A DNA stretch of 64,000 nt from an uncultured Actinomycetes bacterium (GTDB lineage: Bacteria; Actinomycetota; Thermoleophilia; Gaiellales; F1-60-MAGs149), in NCBI GenBank assembly GCA_963722525.1, contig CAVRMM010000002.1:1467925-1531924 (forward strand). The letters are read 5' to 3'. A model generated the notes under the pieces. That model did not search any database, was not told the DNA's origin, and saw only the letters and a list, made by a program, of their open reading frames with translations. This document shows positions 37,795-49,080 of this stretch, piece by piece (the stretch's first letter is position 1; each line of letters begins with the position of its first letter). Made by a program: the position numbers and the translations under genes.

Positions 37795-38783
37795 TCAGCC
37801 GCGCAGGGTCTCGCGTACCGGCGCGGGGGTATAAAGCTCGTACAGCCGGTCGCGGTAAAGCTCGTCGTGCTGGCCAGCGGCGATCGTGTCGGCCCGCTTG
37901 GCGTCAAGCCATCGCGGGTGAACCGCGTACCATGCTGCCGCCGCAAAGGGCCGCGAAGCGCTCGGCGGCCGGCAGGTGTCTGCCGCGGCCCCAGCCGTTG
38001 GCGCGGCCGGTGACGGCGGTGGCGAGGTACTCGCGGACCGCCCCGCTGGCCACCTCGCGCCACGTCGGCTCGGGGAAGTGCTTGGCGATCCAGGTCAGCC
38101 GGTTCCGCCTGGCCCAGAAGCTGCGCCGCAGCCGCACCCGATCCGAGCTGAGGCCGCGGCTGTGCCACACGACCATGGCGGGCTCGTAGATGACGCGCCA
38201 GCCTGCCGCGAGAGCGCGCGCACAGAGGTCGGTCTCCTCGTAGTAGGCGAAGAAGTCCTCGTCGAACCCTCCCAGCTCGAGCCAGGCCGCACGACGGATG
38301 AAGAGGTGGCTCCCGTCGACGGACGCCAGTTCGGCCCGGCGCACCTCGACGTCGAGCAGTTCGCAGTAGCCGCGCGGGTCGACGCGGGGAACCGTCGAGC
38401 CGCCGCCGCGTCCGCTGACCGCCGGGTCGAACGCCCGCCCACCTACGATCCCGACTCCGCTCGCCGCCCATTGCTTCGAGGCCACAGTCCATCCAATCCT
38501 CGGCCAGGACAAGATCGTTGTTCACCAGCGCGACGAAGTCGCCCGAGCAGGCGGCGGCGCCTGCGTTCATGCCGCCGGTGAAGCCCTCGTTGCGGTCGAG
38601 GGCGACGAGTCGCCAGCGTGCGTCGGCCAGCGCCGCGCGGGTCTCGGCGGTCGACTCGTTGTCGACGACAATGATCTCCACGTCCGCATCGGTGCGCAGA
38701 GCCAGGATCGACTCGCAGCAGCCCCGCGTAGCGTCCTCGGCATGCCAATTGAGGACGACGAATGAGACCCGCGGGCCGCTCAC
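37795..38783 (-). pseudogene. GT2-family glycosyltransferase, at least 2 frameshifts
   Basis: The GTG start overlaps the flippase stop. Fragments: VSFVVLNWHAEDATRGCCESIL...IIVVDNEST...NEGFTGGMNAG...ALVNNDL; then GIVGGRAFDP...DGSHLFIRRAAWLELGGFDEDFFAYYEETDLCARALAAGWRVIYEP in a second frame. The C-terminus WYAVHPRWLDAK...APVRETLRG (TGA at 37795) is in a third frame. Confidence 0.75.
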
Positions 38784-40296
38784 GACGGCTGCCTCATGAC
38801 TCGCTTGCCCCAGGACTGCGCGATGGCCAGGTAAGTCCGGCGCTCGGCCGGGTCGAGCAGGATGGAGGCTGCCAAGCAGGCGGCGATGAGCGCGGCCGCG
38901 ACCACCGCGAGCGTGAGAAGCGAGGAGAACTCAATCTCGAGCGCGTCGAGCAGAGGACGAGGAAGGCGGTGCCGCTGATCGCAAGCGGCAGGACGGCGCG
39001 CCGGGCGATCCGGTGGATCGGCAGCCCGAGCTCGCGGGCCGCGAACGGAACGTAGAACCCGAAGGCCGTGATCGCCGTGGGAATCGCCGTGCCGACCGCG
39101 ATTCCGACGATCCCCATCGCATCGGCGAGATAGATCGAGAGCCCGATGTTGGCGCCGGCCTCAACGATCGAGACGAAGGCCATCACCCGCTGCTTGTTCA
39201 GCGCGAGGAGGATCTGGGTCGAGGTGGCCTGCACCGAGCTGGCCAGCATTCCGAGCAGAAGCACGACGAGCGTCACATGCGAGTCGGGGAAGCCGTCTCC
39301 AACCCAGAGGTGGATGAACTGATCCCCCCACAGTCCCGCGACCACCAAAAAGGGACTGACCACGATCACGACGACCCGTGTCGCCTCGAGCAGGAGCCGC
39401 CGCAAGCTCTCGCGCTGCTCCTGGGCCTTCAGCGACGAGGCCGCGGTCAGCGCGACCGAGCTGAATTGATCGGTCAGCTTGCGGACGCCCGTGGCCGGGC
39501 CCAGCGCCACGGTGTACCCCGAGACGGCGACGGGCCCGAGGACGGCGCCGGCGATGATGTTGTCCGTGTCCCAGATCGCCTTGTTGGCAATGTTGATCAC
39601 GAACATCCACGAGGAGGCGCCCATGATCTCGCGGGCGAACTTCCGCTCGAAGCGGCGCGGCGACGGCCGCACACCGAAGGCCCGGGAGGCGTAGATGACC
39701 TTGGCCGCGAAGCCCCCGAGCGTGGAGACCACAGTCGCCACAGCGACGGCCACGATGCCACCCCCGAGCAGCACGGCGACGATCGACAGCGCGGCGGCCG
39801 CAAGGGCCTGGCCGATGACGATCGTATTCTGCTGGCGAAAGGCCCCAAAGCCCTGGTTGATCCCGGTGTAGAGCCCGGCGGGGAAGGTCAGGCCGACCGT
39901 GGCGACCGTGATCATGAGCGCGATCGTGAAGTCGTGCAGGCGGTTGCCCTCAAGGTGGAACAGGTGCCCCACGAATGGCGCTGCCGCGAGCCCAACGACG
40001 AGCACCACGAGTCCGATCGCGCCGTAGAGGACGAGGCCGGTCGAGGCGATCCGCCGCACCTGCGTTCGGTCCTCGAGGTGCGCGGTCTCTGCGACGAGCC
40101 GCATCACCGTTAGGCCTATCCCGAGGTCGAGCAGAGACGTGTAGCCGATGATCGCCGCGATAAGGACGTACGCGCCGAAATCGCTCTGCCCGAGGTGGTG
40201 GAGCAGGATCGGAGTTGTGACAAACCCGGCCAGGGAAACGACGATGACCCCGACGTAGTTGAAGGCGACGCTCGAAACGACTTTGTTCGCGTTCAA
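38780..40296 (-). pseudogene. polysaccharide flippase (Wzx/MOP superfamily), one frameshift near 38955
   Basis: From a TTG start the sequence reads MNANKVVSSVAFNYVGVIVVSLAGFVTTPILLHHLGQSDFGAYVL with many TM helices. The last TM helix (LLDALEIEFSSLLTLAVVAAALIAACLAASILL...MRQPS, TGA at 38780) reads only after a frame change. Confidence 0.7.
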
Positions 40297-40567
40297 GCCG
40301 TCATCTTCCACGCCGATGCATACGAGAACCCACTCCACCGAGGACAGCTCGGCTGTGTTCGAGCCAAGCCTTCGGAGCCGAGGATGGGCGCAGACTTGCG
40401 GTAGAAGTCGGCGGACGAGTCGCTGAACAACCAACCTGAGCTGGCTCCGAACTCCCCCGCCCAGCCGGTGTCGACGAACGACCTCGCCGGGTCGGGGAAC
40501 CGTCTTCCGGACTTTCTCGAGGACCGGCGGCTCGCCGTAGACGAACTGCCGCGTCGCGCGCACGTGG

Positions 40568-40720
40568 TTAGCTCCCGACGCCGCCGACGTAGTCGAGCTT
40601 CTCCGGCACCCGCAGCAGTCGGCCATGGTCGCGCGTGTGGAAGTAGGCAGCGAGGCCATACACCGTGTCATTCGCGTATTCGATCGCCTGATCCTCGTCG
40701 TCAAGCGGCGTCAGGCCGGC
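40568..40720 (-). pseudogene. aldehyde dehydrogenase gene remnant (about 50 C-terminal codons only)
   Basis: PLDDEDQAIEYANDTVYGLAAYFHTRDHGRLLRVPEKLDYVGGVGS matches the conserved ALDH segment (F..edEAIe.ANdt.YGLaayvft.d....rv...l..G.v.iN). No N-terminal body is present. The remnant lies in a ~700-bp stretch with no intact gene. Confidence 0.5.
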
Positions 40721-40995
40721 GTCGCGGCGGGTCTGCGTCGAAGCCATGTGGAGCTTTTTCTCGGGTCTCGGGAACAATAGCGTCTAGCGCCAGCGCGATG
40801 GAGGACGCCGTCGCAGCGGCGCTTCGAGCCACCGTTGACTCGCAGCCGGGGCTCGGCGCACCAGGGCGCGGTCGCCTGCGGGACCGCCGGCCGCGCCCAG
40901 CTTTGCACCCGCGGTAGCGGGCGTAGACAGGCGGGAGCAGATCACTCCCCCGTACGGGCCTTGCCATCCCCGAACCTCGTGCCGATACATGGCGG

Positions 40996-42000
40996 ATGCC
41001 GCTCCCCCTGACACGATGGCTTCGGCTCACCGCCACCGCCGGCCTGACCCTGTTGGCCATCATGCCGGCGATCGCCGACGCCGCACGGCTGGCGGTGCCC
41101 GCTTCGGCGCCGCGGAGCCGAGCCTGCATCTATACAGCCCACAACCACGCCACGCTGCGCGCCTTCGAACGCCTGGTCGGCCACCGCTTCTCGTGCGCCG
41201 TGGTGTTCAACGACGCGGCGCCCGACTGGCAGGGATGGGAACGGCCGTGGTTCATCGGTGCACCCCGACAAGAACCTCAACTGGGGCCGATGGGCGACCG
41301 GCCGCGGGCACGTCGCGGCAGCTCGTGATCACCCAGTCGCTGACGCCGGACTCGGTCCTGCGCGGCGACTGGCGCCAGGACGGCGCCCGCGGCCGCTACG
41401 ACCGCCACTTCACTGCTTTTGCGCGCAACCTGGTCGCGGCCGGTCTCGGCGGCTCGGTGATCCGCCTCGCTCACGAGTCGAACTACGAGGGCAACAAGAA
41501 TTTCGTCGGCACGAGCCGCTCAGACCAGCTGGCCTGGCGACGCTTCTGGGCCCGCGCCGTCCGTACGATGCGACGCGTGCACGGCGCGCATTTCAGCTTC
41601 GACTGGACGATCAACGCCTACTGGCAGCCGCTGCCGCTGGCCTCGATCTACCCCGGGGACGGCGTGGTCGACATCGTCGGCATCGACGCCTACGACGCCG
41701 GCATCCGCGAGACCTCCGATCGCTGGCGCGTGGTGGCGACCCGGCCGAACGGCGTGAACGCCGTGGCCGCGCTTCGCCCGCGCCCACCGCAAGCTGCTGA
41801 GCATCCCCGAATGGGGCCTGATGCCGCGCGGCGAGCGGTGGCTCGGCGGCGGCGACAACCCGGCCTACATCGACGGCATCGCGCGCACGTTGCGGACGAA
41901 CCGCATCGCCTACCACGCGTACTTCTACGCGGGCGATACTGCCGAGGAACTGCGTCGCTCACCTCGCTCGCTCGCGCGGCTTCGTGCCATGCTGCGCTAG
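40996..42000 (+). pseudogene. secreted GH26-like glycoside hydrolase (beta-mannanase-like fold), frameshifted
   Basis: Signal peptide: MPLPLTRWLRLTATAGLTLLAIMPAIADA. Fragments: VVFNDAAPDWQGWERPWF; QLVITQSLTPD...GSVIRLAHESNYEG...FDWTINAYWQPLPLASIYPGDGVVDIVGIDAYD; and LSIPEWGLMPRGERWLGGGDNPAYIDGIA...YHAYFY. TAG at 41998-42000. Confidence 0.5.
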
Positions 42001-42066
42001 ACGTTTCGCATGCCGCCCGGGCGGCGATAACCGGCTGATGCGATCGCTCCCGGCGGTTGCTCCGCA

Positions 42067-43037
42067 ATGCTCGTCCTCGCCGTCATCGCGGTCGTCGCGA
42101 TCGCGGTGAGTTCCTATCTCGTCTTCAAGCACGACTCGGTCGCACCAGGCGGGGCCGTCCCGGCGGCGGCGGGGCATCTACCTCGGCGTGTACGCGCCGA
42201 ACAGCGAGCCGGAACCGGTACGACACGACCGAGGTGCAGGCGCTCGAAGCGCGCATCGGCCGGCCGTTCGCCATCGACCAGCACTACTACTACTGGACCA
42301 GACCCGTTTCCCACCGACCTGGAGCAGGCCGACCGCGCTGCCGGCCGGGTGCCGATGATCTCGTGGCTGCCGAGCGGCATCTCGCTCACCGATATCGCAA
42401 GCGGCCGCTACGACGAGCTGCTGCGCGCCCGCGCCGACGCGCTGAAAGCCTTCGGCCGGCCGGTCCTGCTGCGCTTCGGGCACGAGCCGAACGGCGACTG
42501 GTACACCTGGAGCGAGCGCTACGACCGCGGTCCGGCGATCCCCGGCAACACGGCCGCGAGCTACGTCGCCGCCTGGCGCCACGTGCACGACGTCTTCGCC
42601 GAGGCCGGGGCCGACAACGTCTCGTGGGTGTGGTCGGTCAACTTCCGCGACTTCCCGGCCGGCAACGGCGCGGACAGCTACTACCCCGGCGACGACGTAC
42701 GTGGACTGGATCGGCATCGACGCCTACAACGAAGGCGACGCCACGCCGGCCACGACCTGGACCAGGCATCGGCCCGCTGATCGCGCCGATGTACAGCCGG
42801 TACACGCGACGGAAGCCGATCATGCTCACCGAGGTCGGCTCCGTCGAGCAGGGCGGCGACAAGGCCGCCTGGGTGGCGGGCCTCGCGGCGGAGCTGCCCC
42901 GCTCGCTATCCCGGCGTCAAGGCCGTCGTCTGGTTCAACAAGGCCGAGTGGCGCGTCGACTCGTCGCCGGCGGCGCTGTCGCGCGTTCACGCCGCATGGC
43001 CGCGTCCAAGACGTTCAGACCCGCACTGCCGGGCTGA
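42067..43037 (+). pseudogene. membrane-anchored GH26-family glycoside hydrolase (beta-mannanase-like), frameshifted
   Basis: TM anchor: MLVLAVIAVVAIAVSSYLVF. Fragments: GIYLGVYAPNS; PMISWLPSGISLTDIASGRYDELLRARADALKAFGRPVLLRFGHEPNGDWYTW...VAAWRHVHDVFAEAGADNVSWVWSVN...YYPGDD; VDWIGIDAYNEG; KPIMLTEVGSVEQGGDKAAWV; and VVWFNKAEWRVDSSP. The fragments lie in three frames. Confidence 0.65.
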
Positions 43038-44193
43038 CGCGTCGCACTCGCGCGCCGGCTCGCCGAGCGCGACCTCGACGATGCGGTCGGCCACGGCGGC
43101 CGGCGTCCACCAGTCTCGCTGCCGGCCAGCCGCGCGCGCTGGGCCGCTCCGACCCTCGTCGTCGTCCAGCACGGCGCGCTCAGCGCGGCGGCCAGCGGCA
43201 CCGCCTCGCCCGGCGGGACGTACACGGCGCCGTCGCCGAGGGTGGCCTCGAGGCCGTCCAGGCGCGAGGCGACGGCCGGCACGGTGCCGGCCACGCACAG
43301 GTGCGCGATGCCGCTCTGCGTGATCCGGCGGTACGGCAGGGCCATCACGCGTCGCCGCGGCGAGCAGGTCGGGCAGGTCCTCGTCGGCGACGAAGCCCGG
43401 GAAACGCACACGGTCGCCCGCCCACGCCGCCGCCTCGCGCAGCTGCGCCAGGTGGCGCACGTCGACGCGGCCGAAGGCGCGGAAGACGCCGCGCCGCACG
43501 CGCGGCTCGCCGGCGATCACCAGCGTCACGTCGGGATGCGTGGGCAGCAGCGTCCGCGCCGCCTCGACCAGCACGTCGCCGCCCTTGTCGGGGTGGATGA
43601 AGCCGAGCGCCAGCACGAAGCCGGTCGGTCGAGGCCGTAGCGGGCCCGCACGCGCTCGATGCCCGCGGCCGTGGCGTCCGGCAGCAGCGGCACGCCGTGC
43701 GGTATCAGCGCGAACGCCGCCACCGCCGATGCCGGCGGCAAGCAACGCCGCGTGCGCCGGCCGGCCGTAGGCGACCGGGACGTCGGTCAGCGCCGCGACC
43801 GCCGGTAGATCGAGCGGCCCAGCACCGGCAGCGCGGCGAGTTCGCGCTCCGGCTCGTGGAAGGCCGTGGTGACGGGGATGCCCGGCGCGGCGGGCGAGCC
43901 GCAGCAGGTGCTCGAGGCCCGGCAGCGCACCGCCGTACGACGCGATCGAGAACTGGACGTACAGCGCGTCGGGCCGGAAGCCGGCCAGCAGGGCCGATCG
44001 GGCGGCCGGACTGCGCGCGGCGCAGCACCCGGTGCACGTCGCCGGCGTCGCCGGCCGTGGCCGTGCCGGGCGCCGCGATCGCGACGTCGACACGGTCGCG
44101 CAGGGCGCCGGCGAGCATGCGCGTGTGCGACCCGATGCCGTCGGCCGGCGGCGGGTAGGGCGAGACGACGAGCAGGCGGCGGCGTGCGGTCAT
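42987..44193 (-). pseudogene. GT4-family glycosyltransferase, several frameshifts (last gene of the 10-gene operon)
   Basis: Fragments: MTARRRLLVVSPYPPPADGIGSHTRMLAGAL; FRPDALYVQFSIASYGGALPGLEHLLRLARRAG; FVLALGFIHPDKGGDVLVEAARTLLPTHPDVTLVIAGEP; and GDRVRFPGFVADEDLPDLL. The start overlaps the acetyltransferase stop. Confidence 0.7.
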
Positions 44194-44756
44194 CGGCGCC
44201 TGCCGCGCGTCCGGATCTCGCGCACGACGCGGGCCGGGCTACCGGCGGCGACGACCCATGGCGGGATCGTCCCGCGCACGATGCTGCCCGCACCGATCAC
44301 CGATCCTTCGCCGATCTCCGAGCCTGGCAGGACGACGACGCCGCGGGCGAGCCAGACGTCGTCACCAATCACGACCGAGGCGGTCTCGACGCCCTCACCG
44401 GGATCGACCTCGTGGAAGCTCGAGTCGTAGATCGCGCTCTGATCGCCGATCCGGACGTGCGACCCGATCGTGATGCTCTGCGTCGCGTGGATCGTCGTGC
44501 CCTGATTGACGAACACGTCGTCGCCGATGTGCAGCACCGCGCCCGGGTCGATCCCGAGGGCGCACCGGAACTGCTCACCTCGGACGGCGAAGTGGCTGCC
44601 GACGGTGATCGTGCCGCGGTTGACGATTCGCGGTGCGCTCCCGGTGATGCTCGGCCACTGGCCGTGCCGCACGCCGTGGCGACGCAGCAGCGATGCCGCG
44701 CGCAGCCACGCAACGCCCAGCGTCGCCCTCTCCCGTGTGCCGCGATCAGGTCGCAC
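44190..44756 (-). CDS. hexapeptide-repeat (LbH) acetyltransferase
   Basis: Uninterrupted 188-aa ORF with hexapeptide repeats: IGDDVFVNQGTTIHATQSITIGSHVRIGDQSAIYDS and VVIGDDVWLARGVVVLPGSEIGEGSVIGAGSIV. Confidence 0.8.
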   Translation of the reverse strand: MRPDRGTRERATLGVAWLRAASLLRRHGVRHGQWPSITGSAPRIVNRGTITVGSHFAVRGEQFRCALGIDPGAVLHIGDDVFVNQGTTIHATQSITIGSHVRIGDQSAIYDSSFHEVDPGEGVETASVVIGDDVWLARGVVVLPGSEIGEGSVIGAGSIVRGTIPPWVVAAGSPARVVREIRTRGRRR

Positions 44757-45619
44757 GACGCACCAGGTGGTGCGAGTGCGCCCGCTGCGTACGCCAACCG
44801 ATCGAGTAGCGACAGGAACGGCCGGTCGCCGCGCAGGCGCCAGAGCGGCATTGCCAGCAGCAGCAGGTAGCTGCGGAAGCGCAGGGCCAGCGGCAGCCCG
44901 AGCAGGAACAGCGGGTACGCAACGAGCATCGGATCGTGACGCGGCATCTCACCCAACCGGATGCGGTGCTTCACGTACAGGCGAGCGCGCGCCTCGCCGT
45001 ACTGCCAGGCGCGTCGCATCTGCCGCCGCGCACCGCCCCAGTTCGTCCGCATGTCGGCTCCCGTCACCATCAGGACCGGGATGCCCGCGTCGGCGGCGCG
45101 CCAGCAGAAGTCGACGTCGGAGCCGTAGGAGAAGGCCTCGTCGAACGGGCCCACGCGCTCGATCGCCTGTCGGTGCAGCGCCATGTTCATGGTCGGCGCA
45201 TCGCGGACGTAGCCGGCTTCGTCGGGGCGCAGCAGATAGCGGCCGTCGTCTGCGCCGTAGCGGCCCACCGACGGTGACGAGCTCGTCGCCACGCGCGATG
45301 GGCGCGAGCAGCGCGTCGAGCCAGCCCGCACCCGGCAGTGCAGCCGGCGTCGACGAATACGACGACCTCGCCGCGGGCGGCCGCGACGCCGGCGTTGCGC
45401 TGCTCGGGGATCGTGACCGACTTGCTGCCGGCGGGCGGGATGAAGTCGATCCAGAGAATGTCCGGGTGCGCCAGGGCGATGTCGGCGAGGCGGCCGCCGG
45501 AGGCGTCGACGACCACGATCTCGCGGTCATGCTCGCTGACGTGCGTTGTGAGCGCATCGAGCGTCGGCGCGAGGTCGCGCTCGTTCTTCGAGATGATCAC
45601 GATCGGAGACGTCCATCAT
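44746..45619 (-). pseudogene. GT2-family glycosyltransferase, several frameshifts
   Basis: The ATG overlaps the upstream stop (ATGA). Fragments: IIISKNERDLAPTLDAL...EIVVVDASGG...QRNAGVAAARGEVVVFVDAGC; GWLDALLAPIARGDELV; and YVRDAPTMNMALHRQAIERVGPFDEAFSYGSDVDFCWRAADAGIPV, followed by C-terminal TM helices. The fragments are spread over ORFs 45187..45600, 44949..45557 and 44369..45331. Confidence 0.7.
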
Positions 45620-46665
45620 CGGCCCTTCCGACGCCGGGCGGCGCGCCAGCCGCGCACGAAGCCGACGTTGGTGCTCGACTCCTGCAGCACCTGCACGTAC
45701 GGCGCGACGACGTGCACCCAGTCTCGCGAACGCAGCGCGGCGCGCGGCCCGCGCGGGAACAGCAGCAGTGGCACGGCCACGCCGACGGCGGCCAGGGCGG
45801 GACGCCGCAGCCCGGCCGCGACCAGGCCGCCGATCAGCACCGGAAACGGGAAGACGATCGCACCTGACCCGTAGATGGCCGCCATCCGCGCGTTGCCCCG
45901 GCCGTAGGCCGCGCTGCGCCGCAGCGTGTCGCGAAGGGACGGCTCGAACCAGTGCCGCACTCGCGCGTCGGGGTTGAACAGCAAGGGCCGTTCCGGAAAG
46001 CGCGCCCGCAGGCGACGGCAGATGTCCTCGTCGTCCGATCCGAAGGTGAACCGTTCGTCGAAGCCGCCCACGGCCTCCAGTGCCGCCCTCGGGAACGACA
46101 TGTTCGCCCCCACGAGGGAGCGGACGTCGCGGAGTCCGGACGAAGATCCTGCCGACAGGTTGCGCTGGACGTAGCGCAGGAATCGATAGAGGGGCGAGCG
46201 GCTCCCGTCCAGCTCGATCTCGACGGGCTGCAGCGGGTTGTTGAGCTGCAGGTAGCGCAGCATCGGGCCGGCTGTTGCGGCGGGATCGACTGCTCCGCCC
46301 ACGCCGGCGATCCGCTCCAGCCCGCCGGCCGTGCCGTACGTCCGCTCCAGCTCCTCGAGCCAGTTCGGCGACGGCTCGCAGTCGTCGTCAGTGAACACGA
46401 CGACCGCGCCGCGCGCTGCTCGAATGCCCGCGTTGCGAGCCGCCGATAGACCCCGCGGGACGTCGTGGCGCTCGATCCGTACGCCGGCCGCCGCAGCGAT
46501 GGCGCCAGTCGTGTCGGTCGAGCCGTCGTCGACGACGATCACCTCGAAGCCGTCGTGGATCTGGGCGGCCAGTGCCGCCAGACACCGCCCCAGACACCGC
46601 TCCCCGTCGAGCGAGCACACCACGACGCTCATGCGGGGTCCGGTCTCGTCGATGGCGGGTGTCAT
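45616..46665 (-). CDS. GT2-family glycosyltransferase
   Basis: Uninterrupted ORF. The likely start is the ATG at 46665, which overlaps the flippase stop (ATGA). Motifs: MSVVVCSLDGERCLGRCLAAL, VIVVDDGSTD, ARNAGIRAARGAVVVFTDDDC and FGSDDEDICRRL. Confidence 0.8.
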   Translation of the reverse strand: MTPAIDETGPRMSVVVCSLDGERCLGRCLAALAAQIHDGFEVIVVDDGSTDTTGAIAAAAGVRIERHDVPRGLSAARNAGIRAARGAVVVFTDDDCEPSPNWLEELERTYGTAGGLERIAGVGGAVDPAATAGPMLRYLQLNNPLQPVEIELDGSRSPLYRFLRYVQRNLSAGSSSGLRDVRSLVGANMSFPRAALEAVGGFDERFTFGSDDEDICRRLRARFPERPLLFNPDARVRHWFEPSLRDTLRRSAAYGRGNARMAAIYGSGAIVFPFPVLIGGLVAAGLRRPALAAVGVAVPLLLFPRGPRAALRSRDWVHVVAPYVQVLQESSTNVGFVRGWRAARRRKGR

Positions 46666-47960
46666 GTTCCGTCCCGCAGGAACGGCTGCTGCGGCAATGG
46701 TCGAGCAACAATTCGTCGCGGGTTCCGGAGAATGGCCACGCCGATAAGCGCCGATAGCCCCTGCGCAACGAGCCACGCGAGCGCTACCGCAGTCAATCCG
46801 CTGTCGACGGCGATTGCCACCCCCCCGACAACGAGTGCGGCGTTGATGGCGTTCATGGCTCCGTAGGCTAGGGGACGATGCTGAACGTTCAGCGCAGCAT
46901 CGACGAGATACGTCAGCGCCGTCGCGAGGCCCGCGATCGTCAAGAGCCGGAGCGGCGCGGTCGCGGCTTCCTCGTAGCTCGGACCGAAGATCCGCAGGAG
47001 CAGCGGTGCGAAGACGACCAGAACGGCGCCGACGGGGAGCATGACGGCGTAGCTCGTGCGGATCGCTCGACGGAGGTCGGCGGCCGGATCACTGTCGGGC
47101 CGGGAACCATGTGCGAAGTACGCCTGGGCGACAGATGACGGCAGAAAGTTGAGAAATGCGACGAGCATGAAAGCAATGCCAAAATGCGCTGCAGCGGTCG
47201 CGCCGTGCGCCTTCAGGACCATCAATGGGACAACGGTCATCGGCAGGATGCCGACGACTGCACCCAAATAGTTCCCGAGCGAGAAGCGCAGGAATGGTCG
47301 AGCGACCGATGGTGTCGGCCATCGCCAGCGTGCCGTTGTCGCGTAGGCGCCCAGCGCGGCGCGCGATGCGAACAGCGCGGCGACCAGTGCTCCGACTGCG
47401 TAGGCGAGAAGCAGCCCCGTGACCCCCTGGTCAGCTAACGGCAGCAGAAGCGCGACGCGGAGGCTGCCACCGATGACGGTCTTGACGATCATCACACGAA
47501 CGGCCTGTGCCGCAATCAGACAGGCGTCGAGAAGCCCATTGATGGACACGATGACGACGAGACAGAGCACGATCAGCCGGGCACCGGTGGTCGCCTGCAG
47601 GTCGAGTAGGGACGGCGCGAGCGATGGCACAGACGAACAGCGCCACCACTGCAATGAGCACTTCGGCCGAGGTGAGGAAGATCGCGCTGGTCACGATCAA
47701 CCGGCGTGGCTCAGATGACCCGCCAGGTGCCGGATCAGCATATTGGCGAGCCCGAGGCCGCCCAACGTCGCGAGCAGCGAGCACGTGGCAAGCCAACCGG
47801 ACATCAACCCGACGTCCGGTGCGGCGTAAAGCCGAGCGGCGACCGTCCAGAACAGAAAGCCGAAACCGGCGAGCAGCATCAGGTTCACCACGAGAAGGCT
47901 GGAGCTGCGATACATCGCATCGCCGCGGAGCCGTGCGAGCACGGTACGGGCACGGATCAT
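46662..47960 (-). pseudogene. polysaccharide flippase (Wzx/MOP superfamily), about 2 frameshifts in the N-terminal third
   Basis: The ATG at 47960 overlaps the upstream GT4 stop. The sequence runs MIRARTVLARLRGDAMYRSSSLLVVNLMLLAGFGFLFWTVAARLY...; then LIVTSAIFLTSAEVLIAVVALFV in another frame; then ORF 46662..47654, which is 330 aa of TM helices. Confidence 0.65.
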
Positions 47961-49014
47961 GAGCGCTTTCCGATGACGAGTTCGTATGCGTCGAGCGTCT
48001 CTGCGGCGACGTCGCGCCCACGTGCGGCTGTGCGCCGACGCGTAGGCCGCAGCGCCGAGGGCGTCGAGTTCACGCGCGTCGAGCCGCGAGAGCGCCTCGA
48101 GGGTCGCCGTCAGCTCGGCGACACTGCCGTCGTAGCGGATCGCGCCGGCCCGGAGATCGCCCAGGTTCGGCAGGTCAGGAAGCACGACGGGGACGCCGTG
48201 CGCCTGCGCCTGGCTGGCCGTGCTGGTGGTCGTGACGGCGCGGAAAGGGAGCACCAGCGCGTCGATGTCGGCCAGCAGCTCGTTGACGTCGGTGGCGGGC
48301 AGGTGCTCGAGACGCAGGGTCACGCGCGGGCCGAGCCGCGCCGCGCCCCGCTCGATCCGCTCGCGCAGCGACGGGTCGGTGCAGGCTCCGGCGACCGTGA
48401 GGCGCAGCGGGCAGTCTGCCGGCAGCAAGGCGAAGGCCTCGAGCAGCTCCTCGACGCCCTTGTAGAGCTCGATCTTGCCGAAGAAGGCGACGTGCCGCGA
48501 CGCGCGCCGGGGTACACGCGGTGCCCGGACGGCGAACGGGCCCAGCGGAATCACGCGGGCGAGCCGCGGTCTGGCACCGGTTCGGCGCTCGAGGTCGTCG
48601 AGCGCCGACGGCGAGTGGGCGATCACGAGGTCGCAGGCGTCGACGAGCCGTCGCCGGGCGCGTCGGTCGTCGGCGAAGATCGGCGTGTGCGGCAGGACGT
48701 TGTGCAGCGTCCACACGACGCGCACACCGCAGATGCGCGCCGCGCGCAGGCGTCTGCGAGAGAAGTACCTGGCGCAGCGGCCGCAACCAGCGACGCCGCG
48801 TCCAGTGCAGGTCGAATGGGTACAGCCAGTGGAGGTGCACGAGACGCGCGCCGCGCAGGCGCCCGATCGCGATCCGCAGTGGCAGGAGCACGACGTTGAG
48901 CGACTGCGATGGTGTCTCCGAGCCGAGGTACGAGACGACGGCGCCACGCCGACGCAGCTCGGCGTGGAGGAGTTCCTGGTACGGGTTCGGGTCGCGCGGG
49001 AAGCGACAGTACAC
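47957..49014 (-). pseudogene. GT-B fold (GT4/GT1-like) glycosyltransferase, 2 frameshifts
   Basis: The N-terminus is YCRFPRDPNPYQELLHAELRRRGAVVSYLGS...LVHLHWLYPF (ORF 48175..49014). The body is VVWTLHNVLPHTP...VIAHSPSAL...VAFFGKIELYKGVEELLEAF...LTVAG...LVLPFRAVTTTSTASQAQAHGVPVV (ORF 47697..48947). The C-terminus WARDVAAETLDAYELVIGKRS (TGA at 47957) lies in a third frame. Confidence 0.7.
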
Positions 49015-49080
49015 GTAGGGTCCTCGGGCAGGACCCGACGGCGATGCGGGACGCCTCCTGCATCAGGACTGCGACCCCGG

